Notes: generated from the letters alone by a model not told the origin. A stretch of DNA of 64,000 bases from Candidatus Enterousia sp. (GCA_045613925.1 JAZLBV010000009.1:26554-90553), one strand, 5' to 3'; positions 36,304 to 46,220 are shown, counted from the stretch's first letter. Numbers and translations are program-made.

Positions 36304-37017
36304 CTATTCCCTTTGATTTTGTTTAGATTGTTGCAACAGATTATAATCCGCCATCATTTTTTGCACTGTGCCTGGCAAATCAGTTTTAATTGCTTCTGGT
36401 GTTATATATTTGTTAACAAACGAATTTTCAAATGATTCTTGAACAGGTTTTTTAATAAATTCATAACAAATTAAATCAACTATGCGTTCTTTTAAATCCT
36501 GGGGAACTTTATATTTTTGAATAATTGGTTCTTCTATCAAAAGATGCACAAATTCGTGAAACAAAGTATTATATATTCCATATTCATTATCTAAAGATTC
36601 CGACATACGAAACTGAATCTGCGCAACATCATCACTTATCCGCCAATATCCCGCGCCATTACCATAGGCACATAAAATTTCCAGCCGTTTTGGCATAACC
36701 GCATTCCAAAAAGGAATCAAAGGAACTAAAAATTTATTGATACCACGTTCAAGATTTGGTTTCACCTTTTTTTCAAAAACATTATCAAATTTTTGCAAAT
36801 GTTTTACATCATAAACTTTATTTACAAAAACATCGTGATATTTTTCTATTTCTTGTTCGGTTAAATTTTCTTTATCGAACATTTCACCAATGGCCTTGGG
36901 AACAAACCTGGTCTTAGTATATCCAAAATGTTTCAAAGTTGTTTGGAAATTTTGATACGTTCCCAAAATAAAATCCCAGGCTTCATCTGCCGTCATTGGT
37001 CGCATTGTTATTTGCAC
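36304..37017 (-). CDS. Hypothetical protein with an HExxH motif (possible metallopeptidase-like)
   Basis: 237-aa ORF with good coding appearance. It contains LFHEFVHLLIEE (HExxH). No family recognised. Confidence 0.4.
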   Translation of the reverse strand: MQITMRPMTADEAWDFILGTYQNFQTTLKHFGYTKTRFVPKAIGEMFDKENLTEQEIEKYHDVFVNKVYDVKHLQKFDNVFEKKVKPNLERGINKFLVPLIPFWNAVMPKRLEILCAYGNGAGYWRISDDVAQIQFRMSESLDNEYGIYNTLFHEFVHLLIEEPIIQKYKVPQDLKERIVDLICYEFIKKPVQESFENSFVNKYITPEAIKTDLPGTVQKMMADYNLLQQSKQNQRE

Positions 37018-37085
37018 AGAAAAATCCTTTATCTATATTTATCCTATGGACAATTTTACCAAAAAAAGGCGAAAAATTAAACAAA

Positions 37086-38252
37086 TTATTTCATCAATGC
37101 TTTGATGCCGGGCAATTCTTTGCCCTCAATAAATTCCAAGAACGCCCCACCCCCGGTGGAAACATATGTAATATCTTCGCGAACACCACATTCATCCAAA
37201 GCAGCCACTGTATCACCACCACCAACAAAACTTTTCAATTTGTTTTCTTTGGTCATCTTGGCCAAATGCCGAGCCAAATGAAACGAAGCATATCCCCACC
37301 GTTCACCCCATTCGGCCATTCCAAAGGTTCCGTTCCAAATCACAGTCTTGGCATCTTTCAATAATTCAATATTACGCGCAGTTGTTTTTTCGCCATCATC
37401 AATAATAACATCGTCGTCTTTGATTTGGGTTGCATCACGATTCGTGCGCGGTGAATCTTTGACAAAGTTTTTTCCAACACCCTTGTCCAACGGCAAAAAT
37501 ATTTCACAACCGTTTTTATCTGCGTCTTTCATTATCTCAACCGCAAAATCCGCCATAGATTCTTCGTACAAAGAATCCCCAACTGGTAACCCATTTGCAA
37601 AATTGAACGTAGTCCCCAACGCACCACCAATCACTATTTTATCAGCAATTGAAACAAATTTTTTCAACACACCCATCTTGGTCGAAACTTTTGACCCACC
37701 AATATAAACAACCAATGGATGCTGTGGATTTTCCATAACGTTTGAAATATTTTCAATTTCACTTATTAACAAATCACCCGCAAAGGACGGCAAATATTTA
37801 GTAATCGCAACCAAACTGGCCGCCGCACGATGTGAAACCGCAAACGCATCATTGACATAGATATCAAAACCCGCCGCTAACTTTTTTGCGAATTCATCAT
37901 CATTTTCTTCTTCGCCAATATGAAACCGTAGATTTTCCATTAACACTACATCACCATTTTTCATTTCGCTTAAAAAATCTTTTTTTAAACAATCATCAAT
38001 AAATGGAATATTCATATACTCTGCAACAACACGCAAAGACATATCAGGTACCACATGTCCTTTTGGCCGCCCCAAATGTGCACAAATCACGACACGCGCA
38101 CCATTTTCACTCAACCGCTTTATAGTAGGCATAGATGCATCCAAACGAAAAGAATCTGTAATCACACCATCAACAATCTGAACATTAAAATCATCGCGCA
38201 ACAAAACATATTTGCCCCGCACAGAATTATAATCAATCGCATTTATTTTCAT
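37086..38252 (-). CDS. pgk: Phosphoglycerate kinase
   Basis: VLLRDDFNV...., AHLGRPKG, and the C-terminal STGGGAFLEFIEGKELPGI motif. Confidence 0.95.
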   Translation of the reverse strand: MKINAIDYNSVRGKYVLLRDDFNVQIVDGVITDSFRLDASMPTIKRLSENGARVVICAHLGRPKGHVVPDMSLRVVAEYMNIPFIDDCLKKDFLSEMKNGDVVLMENLRFHIGEEENDDEFAKKLAAGFDIYVNDAFAVSHRAAASLVAITKYLPSFAGDLLISEIENISNVMENPQHPLVVYIGGSKVSTKMGVLKKFVSIADKIVIGGALGTTFNFANGLPVGDSLYEESMADFAVEIMKDADKNGCEIFLPLDKGVGKNFVKDSPRTNRDATQIKDDDVIIDDGEKTTARNIELLKDAKTVIWNGTFGMAEWGERWGYASFHLARHLAKMTKENKLKSFVGGGDTVAALDECGVREDITYVSTGGGAFLEFIEGKELPGIKALMK

Positions 38253-38580
38253 TTTTCCTTCCTTGTTTTTTATCTCTATCTGGTCTCTCTATGCATATCT
38301 GCAATAAATGTCTGGGGCACACAATCCCACGAACAAAACGGTCTGCGTTCGTTCAAAGCACGCACCACAGCCGCCCAAGCCAGATTAGAAATCTTTGGCG
38401 ATGAATTATGAAAAACAATTTTTTTCAGCTCTGGTTCTTTGTCAAGCAACTTGTCCATTTTTTCTTTCCTATTTACCTTTGGTCTTCACGCAAGTTCAGA
38501 GACCTTAAATTCCGTTTTATATTCCACAACAAAACCCCTTTTATCTAGCACGAAAATTTTATCAAAAACACCACAAAAAG

Positions 38581-39210
38581 TCAATAGTTTTCGCAGATTT
38601 CCAGGATTTTCTTCACTGGTCCATAACTTTTTCGATAATGTTCATTTATACCATATTTTTCGATTGCTTGCAAATGTTGTTTGGTTGGATATCCTGCATT
38701 TTTATCCCACGCATATTGCGGAAACTGTTTTGATAAATCGGACATAATTTTATCACGCGTTTGTTTTGCCAGAATTGATGCCGCCGCAATAGATAGTGAT
38801 TTAGAATCGCCCTTTACCACCGCACATCCTTTAATATCGCACGGCATTTTATTCCCGTCAACAAGGCAATATTCATACCCCACCCCCAGCGCCCCAATTG
38901 CACGTTTCATCGCGGTTAATGACGCTTTTAAAATATTCATCTCATCAATCTCTGCCGCGCTGCATTGTGCAACCGCCCAAATAATATCTGGATTATTAGT
39001 AATCCAATCATATGCGATTTCGCGCTGTTTCTGCGACATCTGTTTTGAATCACGAATTATCGGCATATCATCAAAATCATATTTTTTAAAAATCACAGCA
39101 CCTGCAACCACAGGTCCACACAATGGCCCCCGTCCTGCTTCATCAACACCAACAACCACTTTATATCCGCAATTTTTTTCGATTTCAAAATCAGGATTTA
39201 CACGCATCAC
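38581..39210 (-). CDS. rnhB: Ribonuclease HII
   Basis: VVGVDEAGRGPLCGPVVAGAVI catalytic motif, DSKQMS, SIAAASILAK. Confidence 0.93.
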   Translation of the reverse strand: MMRVNPDFEIEKNCGYKVVVGVDEAGRGPLCGPVVAGAVIFKKYDFDDMPIIRDSKQMSQKQREIAYDWITNNPDIIWAVAQCSAAEIDEMNILKASLTAMKRAIGALGVGYEYCLVDGNKMPCDIKGCAVVKGDSKSLSIAAASILAKQTRDKIMSDLSKQFPQYAWDKNAGYPTKQHLQAIEKYGINEHYRKSYGPVKKILEICENY

Positions 39211-39225
39211 AAAAAACCGTTTTAA

Positions 39226-40950
39226 TTACAAAGAAAATCTGTCGAACATCTGACTTTGTACATATTCATCTTCGCTGTTGTAATACGGCCAGTGTCCATC
39301 AGACAATTCTTTTAATGCAGTCAACGGTTGATTCAAACGCGCACGATACAACCACAAATTAGACATAACACGTTTGATATAATTTCGCGTTTCATACGCA
39401 GGGAAACTTTCTATATATAACAACGGATCCGACGTAGTAAAACTTTTTTCAAATTTAACCAGATTTCCCATACCTGCATTATAGGCCACCAACATTTTTA
39501 TAATGTTATTTTGAATCAATTGATGCGATAACAAATCGACAATATATTGTTGACCCAAAAACATATTATGTTCGGGCTTTGACATATCTATATCAGACAT
39601 TTTCATATCATTTTTACGCGCAACACGTTTTGCAGTATTCGGCATTAACTGCATTAAACCATTTGCCCCCGCAGTCGATTTAGCATTTGGTTTAAAACCG
39701 CTTTCCTGTTTTGTAATCGCCAACAAAAGCGCCCTGTCAATAGACCACCCACCCAACGGTTCCCAATTAGGCAACGGATATTGTGCAGAATAAATAATAT
39801 CATCATTAATTTCCAAAACACCCCTGTCGCGCATAACACCAGACACCAAAATAGAAACCTGGGGCAAAGCATACATAGATGACACAGCATTAACCGCGTG
39901 CAACATTTTGTCGGAAGATTTTGCTGTTACCAAATATTTTAAATATTGTTCTGCACGTTCTTTGCGACCAACCTGCAAAAGCGCCAAAGCTTTGCGACCA
40001 TATTTATTTTCCCGCAGTTCTACAATATCTTCATCAGAACATTCTTGATCAAAAAATTCATATTCAGGTGTATCTCCAGACATAGCCGCCGCCAACGCAC
40101 CATAAAAAGACATAGGATGCGCCGCCGCGATTTTCAAATATTTTTTCGTATTTTCAGAATCACCAACCAAATCGGCCGCACGTGCTGCCCAGAAAGCAGC
40201 TTCTGTTTTTCGCGCATTATTTATCTGGGTCAGATTCAAAATTTCACTAAAATATTTTCTGCTTTCTTTGTATTTTTGTTCTTTGAAATATAATAATCCC
40301 ATTGACCACAAACCATATTCTGATTTTGCATCAGATGCAACAAAGCCCCATTTTTTTGCCAATTCGTATTCGCCGTTTGTATAATATAAAAAAGATAAAC
40401 GTCCCGCCAAACGACCATAATCTGCCTCTGACAATTTTGATTTAAATTTTTTATCCTCTAATATGACACGTGCTGTCTTGGAACTGCCAGACCGGATAGC
40501 TTTTTTGAATTTATCTATATTTTTTGTAATCTTTTCGTTATATGTCTTGGCGGTCCAATTTTCAGATTGTGCTGTTTCTATATATTCTTTACCTGTCACA
40601 ATATGCGGTACCACAGGCTTACGCACAGTAGCTTTTTTTATCTGGGCGATTTTTGATAACCGCTCTGCCCCTGGCATATCATAATATTTTTCCATCCACT
40701 TTTGTAATTCACTGCCCTTGGTATGATAAGTTTTTGAAATATATCGTTGATATAAAACTTCATTCATTAAAAATTTATCAGACAATTTATCTTCTAATTT
40801 TTTAGCCGCATCAATTTTTTCTTTGTCCTGTAAATTAAATATTTGCACATAAATGGCCGCATCGTCATCTGTCAAAACATCGACAGATTCCGCCGCCCAC
40901 GCCCCCAGCGATATAATAAACGCGACAAAACAAGATAATAATTTTTTCAT
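39226..40950 (-). CDS. Soluble lytic murein transglycosylase (Slt-like)
   Basis: Signal peptide, superhelical repeat N-domain, and C-terminal SLT catalytic motif AITKQESGFKPNAKSTAGANGLMQLMPNTA. Confidence 0.85.
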   Translation of the reverse strand: MKKLLSCFVAFIISLGAWAAESVDVLTDDDAAIYVQIFNLQDKEKIDAAKKLEDKLSDKFLMNEVLYQRYISKTYHTKGSELQKWMEKYYDMPGAERLSKIAQIKKATVRKPVVPHIVTGKEYIETAQSENWTAKTYNEKITKNIDKFKKAIRSGSSKTARVILEDKKFKSKLSEADYGRLAGRLSFLYYTNGEYELAKKWGFVASDAKSEYGLWSMGLLYFKEQKYKESRKYFSEILNLTQINNARKTEAAFWAARAADLVGDSENTKKYLKIAAAHPMSFYGALAAAMSGDTPEYEFFDQECSDEDIVELRENKYGRKALALLQVGRKERAEQYLKYLVTAKSSDKMLHAVNAVSSMYALPQVSILVSGVMRDRGVLEINDDIIYSAQYPLPNWEPLGGWSIDRALLLAITKQESGFKPNAKSTAGANGLMQLMPNTAKRVARKNDMKMSDIDMSKPEHNMFLGQQYIVDLLSHQLIQNNIIKMLVAYNAGMGNLVKFEKSFTTSDPLLYIESFPAYETRNYIKRVMSNLWLYRARLNQPLTALKELSDGHWPYYNSEDEYVQSQMFDRFSL

Positions 40951-40952
40951 TT

Positions 40953-41453
40953 TCAGAACAGTGATGTCTTTGGTAAATCACAGACGACCGCATCATCATC
41001 TGCCTCTGGGATTTGACTAATTATTTTCTTAAAATCCGCAACCTTGGAAAATTTTCTGTATACAGAAACAAATCTTATAAACGCAATAGGATCCAAATTT
41101 AACAAAGAATCTGAAACCATCTGTCCAACCTGGGAACTGGTCACAGTATCATCAGCAGTTTCTGTTTCCAATCTACGTTGAATAGATGCAACCAACCGAT
41201 CAATCTGTTCATCCCGAACATCACGATTACGACAAGCCAACTTAATACTGCGAAATAATTTATCACGGTCAAAAGGTTCCATTTTTCCACTATTTTTCCG
41301 AACCATCAAATCGCGCATTTGTATCCGTTCAACCGTTGTGAATTTCGCCCCACATTGATTACAAACACGCCGACGCCGTATAACTGCATCGCCAATATCC
41401 GGACGTGAATCCGCCACCCTGCTATCCGTAGAATTACAATATGGACATCTCAT
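40953..41453 (-). CDS. nrdR: Transcriptional repressor NrdR
   Basis: MRCPYCNSTDSRVADSRP... zinc ribbon (C..C....C..C) plus an ATP-cone. Confidence 0.93.
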   Translation of the reverse strand: MRCPYCNSTDSRVADSRPDIGDAVIRRRRVCNQCGAKFTTVERIQMRDLMVRKNSGKMEPFDRDKLFRSIKLACRNRDVRDEQIDRLVASIQRRLETETADDTVTSSQVGQMVSDSLLNLDPIAFIRFVSVYRKFSKVADFKKIISQIPEADDDAVVCDLPKTSLF

Positions 41454-41641
41454 AATCTTAAAAGATAGAAAAAATTCATCTTGTTGTAAAGCAGAATTTA
41501 TAATTAAAAAAATTGCTTTTTGATAAAAATCAAGTGTTTTTTTTCAAAAGCGATTCGCAGTGCACTTTTTTATTTCACGTAAAAATGGTAAAATACTGGC
41601 AAAGATTATATATTTTTTTAACCTTAGAGAGAATGTAACCT

Positions 41642-42742
41642 ATGCAAAAATATCTGAACAAAATTTTGTGCGGTGATTGTGTTGAAATAATGCGCAAAAT
41701 TCCAGATGCATCCGTGGATGCTGTTTTTGCAGACTCTCCGTATAATTTACAATTGGGTGAAAAAACGCTTTACAGACCCGAAGATCAAACCGCTGCACGT
41801 GCAGTACGCGACGAATGGGATGCGTTTGAATCACAAAAAGAATATGATGAATTTACACGTCAGTGGCTAACAGAATGCAAACGAATTTTAAAACCAGACG
41901 GCGCAATGTGGGTTATTGGTTCTTATCATAATATTTTCCGTGTGGGCTCTATCTTGCAAGACCTTGGGTTTTGGATTTTAAATGACATAGTATGGGTAAA
42001 AACAAATCCTATGCCTAATTTCCGCGGAACACGCTTCACAAACGCCCACGAAACATTGATTTGGGCAACCCCTACCAAGACGGGTAAATATACATTTAAT
42101 TACGAAACAATGAAAAAATTAAATGGCGGAAAACAAATGCGTTCTGACTGGGATTTAAACATATGTCTGGGTGAAGAGCGCATCAAAGGCGCCGATGGAA
42201 AAAGTTTGCATAACACGCAAAAACCTATGGATTTATTGCGACGCGTGATTTTATCGTCAACTAAGCAAGGCGATATTATCTTGGATCCATTTGTTGGTTC
42301 TGGAACAACCGCCGCAGCTGCAAAAGAACTAGGACGACAGTTTATCGGTATAGATCGTGAAGCAACCTATGTGAATGCAGCACGCGAACGTGTCGAAAAA
42401 ATAACACCGATAGATTTATCAGATATCGAAGTTTGCGCACCAAAACGCGACGCGATTAAGATTGCTTTCCGTGAATTGATTGATGCAGGATTATTATACG
42501 TCGGTCAAACATTGATCAGCCCGCATGGCGAACGTGTCATGATTACACACGACGCACAGTTAATGCATACACTTTATGGCAAAGCTTCTATACACGTTAT
42601 GGCTGCCCGCATCCAACACAGCGTCAGCTTTAATGGTTGGGATTATTGGTCTGCAGAAAAACAAGATGGTGGTTTAATAGCTATTGATGAATTACGAAAA
42701 TACTTACGCAACATAAAACAAAATATGAAAAAAGCAGCATAA
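41642..42742 (+). CDS. ccrM: CcrM-type N6-adenine DNA methyltransferase (beta class, GANTC-type by homology)
   Basis: Collinear with my recollection of Caulobacter CcrM (GSYHNIFRVG, LGFWILNDIVW.K.NPMPNF.GTRF.NAHETLIWA, QKP, DPFVGSGTT). Motif IV here reads DSPY rather than DPPY. Confidence 0.9.
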   Translation: MQKYLNKILCGDCVEIMRKIPDASVDAVFADSPYNLQLGEKTLYRPEDQTAARAVRDEWDAFESQKEYDEFTRQWLTECKRILKPDGAMWVIGSYHNIFRVGSILQDLGFWILNDIVWVKTNPMPNFRGTRFTNAHETLIWATPTKTGKYTFNYETMKKLNGGKQMRSDWDLNICLGEERIKGADGKSLHNTQKPMDLLRRVILSSTKQGDIILDPFVGSGTTAAAAKELGRQFIGIDREATYVNAARERVEKITPIDLSDIEVCAPKRDAIKIAFRELIDAGLLYVGQTLISPHGERVMITHDAQLMHTLYGKASIHVMAARIQHSVSFNGWDYWSAEKQDGGLIAIDELRKYLRNIKQNMKKAA

Positions 42743-42966
42743 TGAATACACCAGAAATTGGCGCAAATTATCGCCATTACAAAGGAAACATTTATCAAGT
42801 TATTGCCATTGGCAAACATTCTGAAACACTTGAAGAACTTGTAATTTACAAAGCCCTTTATGAATCAAAAGATTTCCCATACGGACAAATATGGTGTCGG
42901 CCATTAAAAATGCGACAAGACACAGTAAATAACAAACCCAGATTTGAAAAAATCGAAAAGAAATAA
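42742..42966 (+). CDS. DUF1653-like small protein
   Basis: 74 aa. YRHYKGNIYQVIAIGKHSETLEELVIYKALY pattern. Its start overlaps the ccrM stop (TAATG). Confidence 0.55.
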   Translation: MNTPEIGANYRHYKGNIYQVIAIGKHSETLEELVIYKALYESKDFPYGQIWCRPLKMRQDTVNNKPRFEKIEKK

Positions 42967-43029
42967 TATAAAAAAATAAATTTCCCACGGGCTTACGCCC
43001 GGGGTATTACGTTAGAACAATAAACATAA

Positions 43030-43060
43030 AAAATGCCGAAAAATATTTCGGCATTTTATC
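43030..43060. terminator. Bidirectional rho-independent terminator
   Basis: Perfect 11-bp stem aaatgccgaaa (43031-43041) / tttcggcattt (43046-43056), 4-nt loop. Confidence 0.8.
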
Positions 43061-43076
43061 TTTCAAATATTAACCT

Positions 43077-45017
43077 TTATTCTATACCATACAAACTGGC
43101 CACAGCTTCATTCATTAAACACATACTGCCAACCATTTTGCAAGCATACGATACAGTCTGTCTTTTGTTATTCTGTTTAAGGATTATCGACGCATTCCAA
43201 CAATCTTCCGAATTACCCAGGAATTCAGAACACGCCACACCCCACGAATTCTTATCGACAACTGGCGTATTAGCCAAAACTGTATCTGGGATATTAAGCC
43301 CACGTTTGACATAGAAATCTTTTAAAGAATCAATCTTATAATTCTTGCCCAACGCCACAGCACCAAGATTATTGCCAACTTTGCATTTGATGTTGCTGCT
43401 TTCAATCAACGCAGTTATACCTGTTGCCAAACCACCAACACCCGCACCAGTCAAACCACCAATCAACATGCCCTTGCCTACACTTGGTGCAGAATTTTCA
43501 GGTGTCACCATCGCAATATTATTCAACAAACTTCTCATACGACTTAATTCATCTTTGATTTTCCGTATATCCACACATTCACTACCTGTTTCGCACAGTG
43601 GATTATTGCTGTTATCGGTTAAATAACCCTTTTGCAAAGTCTTGAACATACATTGACTTTTAAAATTGTTAACATCCACTTCGGTTATATCTGTATCCAC
43701 AGATTCACAAGTCACACGTCCATGTATACACATTTTAACGTCGCCATTTTCTTTGACTAATTCCAAATCATCAAAAACGACATCTTGGTTTGTTTCTGGG
43801 AATGTATTCAAAATCCGAATATTCTTAGAATTCGCTTCACATGCACGAATTGCATCATCGTAAAGTTTAGCTTTTGAATACAAATCTAAAATCAAATTAC
43901 ATTGCGTTTCTGTCAAATTATAGAAATCAACAGATGCCACTTCACCGTTCTTTTTCTGTTTAGATGGCAACACACCATTATCGAAATAAGATGATACCAA
44001 CATATCATTATTAGTCGATTTAATCTGATTGCCCAGTTTCTTACGATAATCACTGCTATCACACGGATTAGCCAACGCTTTGTTTTGTTTTGCTTTGGCA
44101 ATAATTCCGCCAGTCGCCGCACCGACAATCGCTCCCCCAGGTATCGCGGTTGCCGCAACAGTTGCTGTATCGTTCAACAACGAAAATCCGAACAAATCTT
44201 TGTTACAAGTAAACGAAGATCCCGTTGGCAGGCACGCTTCAGCGTAACGTTCATCTCCAGCAGCACCAAACAGCCAACTGTTTTTAATCTGAATTTCTTT
44301 GTTATGCGCGGTTACACAAACAATGCATTCAGCATCCACTGCATCCCACTTTCCACCGATATTCAAACAAGTCTTTTTTGCTTGGTTTGGTGTCAAACCT
44401 GTTTTATACAAAACAAAATTGTAATATTCAGGCATCAAGATTTTTGTTTTGAAATCCATCCAAATTGGTCTGATACCAGTATAAACCTTATGACAATTGA
44501 CACGAATATCTAAACATTTATCAATAACATTTTGACAAATATTCAATCCACCATTCAAAAGTCTGTTAAACATATCTTCGTTAAACAACCCATGCAAACC
44601 GCCAGACACTGCCCCGGCATCGATACATTGTTGCAATTCAGCCATACACATAGAAACCGTATATTCAGTATTTTTCACACCACCATCTGGACAGTCTGGC
44701 TGTGGTTGTGGTTCCGGCTCTGGCTCTGGGTCAGGATCTGGATGTGGTGGGGTTGGCGGTGTTGGAATAATAATCCCCTGATTATTAACCCCCGCAGGTT
44801 CAGAAATAGTATGAACCGCCGGATTTCCAATAGTATTCATCGTCACAATAGGCATAATCGGCATACGCGCACTGGTCGCAGATGATGAACCATTAACCAC
44901 AGTATTCGGCATCATACTGGCCCGACCACGATCATTTTCCGCTGCATCAACAGACAAAACAACCACGCAAGCCGCGAAAAAACCGGCAGATTTGATAAAT
45001 AAATTCTTCATATTCAT
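43077..45017 (-). CDS. Exported Cys-rich protein with a Pro/Asp/Glu linker and glycine-zipper hydrophobic segments (unknown family, related in its C-terminal part to 12943..14937)
   Basis: Start moved to the ATG at 45017 (SD gaggga). Signal peptide MNMKNLFIKSAGFFAACVVVLSVDA. PTPPTPPHPDPDPEPEPEPQPQPD linker. Segments ATAIPGGAIVGAATGGIIAKAKQNK and GMLIGGLTGAGVGGLATGITAL. Confidence 0.7.
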   Translation of the reverse strand: MNMKNLFIKSAGFFAACVVVLSVDAAENDRGRASMMPNTVVNGSSSATSARMPIMPIVTMNTIGNPAVHTISEPAGVNNQGIIIPTPPTPPHPDPDPEPEPEPQPQPDCPDGGVKNTEYTVSMCMAELQQCIDAGAVSGGLHGLFNEDMFNRLLNGGLNICQNVIDKCLDIRVNCHKVYTGIRPIWMDFKTKILMPEYYNFVLYKTGLTPNQAKKTCLNIGGKWDAVDAECIVCVTAHNKEIQIKNSWLFGAAGDERYAEACLPTGSSFTCNKDLFGFSLLNDTATVAATAIPGGAIVGAATGGIIAKAKQNKALANPCDSSDYRKKLGNQIKSTNNDMLVSSYFDNGVLPSKQKKNGEVASVDFYNLTETQCNLILDLYSKAKLYDDAIRACEANSKNIRILNTFPETNQDVVFDDLELVKENGDVKMCIHGRVTCESVDTDITEVDVNNFKSQCMFKTLQKGYLTDNSNNPLCETGSECVDIRKIKDELSRMRSLLNNIAMVTPENSAPSVGKGMLIGGLTGAGVGGLATGITALIESSNIKCKVGNNLGAVALGKNYKIDSLKDFYVKRGLNIPDTVLANTPVVDKNSWGVACSEFLGNSEDCWNASIILKQNNKRQTVSYACKMVGSMCLMNEAVASLYGIE

Positions 45018-45122
45018 AGTATTTCCCTCAATTTCTCTTTGACAAATTATACCATACAAAAGACCCAAAAAAAAGCATTTTTTAACAAACAATCAACCAA
45101 AGTTTTATTTTTAACAACTTAT

Positions 45123-45150
45123 TTGACAAACTTTTACAATTGTCTATAAT
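45123..45150 (+). promoter_or_regulatory. Sigma-70-like promoter (TTGACA-16 nt-TATAAT), implying a leaderless or near-leaderless mRNA
   Basis: TTGACA at 45123-45128, TATAAT at 45145-45150, ATG at 45158 (7 nt after the -10). No SD is possible. Confidence 0.55.
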
Positions 45151-45157
45151 ATAAAAT

Positions 45158-46162
45158 ATGACGAAGTTATCAAATTTCTTAAAAACTAACAAAATATTGC
45201 TGCGATGGACAGTATGGTATTTTGTATGTTTATGGGCAATTCTGCGATTTGTATTTGATTTCAATATGCTTTCAAAAAATTGCTGGGTAAAATTTTTTAA
45301 TGAAACCCTGCACGGATTCTGGGGATTAGTGTTCGTAGTCATTATTTATGGTGCAATTTTAATATATGTTGCATCAGCAATGATAATATATCGAAAAAAC
45401 AAACCGATAATGGAAATCCCTGTCCCAGACAGCATAAAAAAAATCCCATCAAACATATCAAAAATATTTTCAGAAACAAAAACAGATACAAAATCTGACG
45501 AAAATAAAAAAACAGAAAATAATTCAGACATTAACGATGACGGATATCCACGTAATTTACCACCCGAATTGTATGTTCCATATATGCGCGCAAAAAACCA
45601 TATGACTGCAAATACCGCCATATCTGATTTCAACAAACAACCAGATGAAAACGCAACGCCTGCCCCAGAACCCCAACAAGCACAACCAGAAACCGAATCG
45701 TTTCCAATACCAACTGATTTTGACATCTCAGATGATTTGACCGACACAACACAATCACAACAAAACAATTCGGTTCCTGTATTCAAAGATTTAGATTTTG
45801 ATACACCCATAGAACAAACCAAACAAGACACTGCACAAGACAATAATAAAAACACAGTCATAAAATATTGCGAAAAAAATGGTCTGGAATATGAAATCCT
45901 GGACGATTTTGTAATGATGAAAAAATATTTGATTTACGACCACAACGACGAAGATTTCTGGATAATGGACGACGACAACTGGTTCGCATCAGGCAAACAG
46001 AAAAAATCCCCAGTTAATAGATTAATAGATTTATCCGAACAATACACCGTATCCCCAGTTATATATTTCGAAACGAAAAACATTTTGGACATAGAACACG
46101 TAATCACAGGACTTGAAAAACACGGCATTCGTGTGATTATGGATTTATCTGAATTACCATAG
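45158..46162 (+). CDS. Hypothetical membrane protein (two N-terminal TM segments, acidic disordered linker, C-terminal globular domain)
   Basis: 334-aa ORF. Hydrophobic segments WTVWYFVCLWAILRFVF and FWGLVFVVIIYGAILIYVASAMII. No family recognised. Confidence 0.5.
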   Translation: MTKLSNFLKTNKILLRWTVWYFVCLWAILRFVFDFNMLSKNCWVKFFNETLHGFWGLVFVVIIYGAILIYVASAMIIYRKNKPIMEIPVPDSIKKIPSNISKIFSETKTDTKSDENKKTENNSDINDDGYPRNLPPELYVPYMRAKNHMTANTAISDFNKQPDENATPAPEPQQAQPETESFPIPTDFDISDDLTDTTQSQQNNSVPVFKDLDFDTPIEQTKQDTAQDNNKNTVIKYCEKNGLEYEILDDFVMMKKYLIYDHNDEDFWIMDDDNWFASGKQKKSPVNRLIDLSEQYTVSPVIYFETKNILDIEHVITGLEKHGIRVIMDLSELP

Positions 46163-46189
46163 TTTCAATTATAAACGATATCAAAGAAC

Positions 46190-46220
46190 AAAAAACCGCC
46201 CATCCAGGCGGTTTTAAATT
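46190..46220. terminator. Bidirectional rho-independent terminator
   Basis: 9-bp stem aaaaccgcc (46192-46200) / ggcggtttt (46207-46215), loop catcca. Confidence 0.8.

Noticed and set aside
38276-38458. 60-aa minus-strand ORF in the 328-nt gap between rnhB and pgk (MDKLLDKEPELKKIVFHNSSPKISNLAWAAVVRALNERRPFCSWDCVPQTF...).
   Set aside because: It has a plausible SD (aggaaag) but no recognisable family, and I cannot separate it from a chance ORF or a gene remnant. I left it unannotated. It deserves a homology search.
41454-41641. Looked for CtrA boxes (TTAA-N7-TTAA) and clustered GANTC sites in the nrdR-ccrM divergent promoter region.
   Set aside because: No TTAA-N7-TTAA match was found. I saw only a single GATTC and spacing-incompatible TTAAC/GTAAC half-sites, so nothing rises above chance.
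44690-44765. Hexamer-like codon repeats encoding the PDPDPEPEPEPQPQP linker as a slipped-strand contingency locus.
   Set aside because: The repeats are imperfect and in multiples of three, so slippage would only change linker length and would not switch expression. There is no evidence of heterogeneity in a single sequence.
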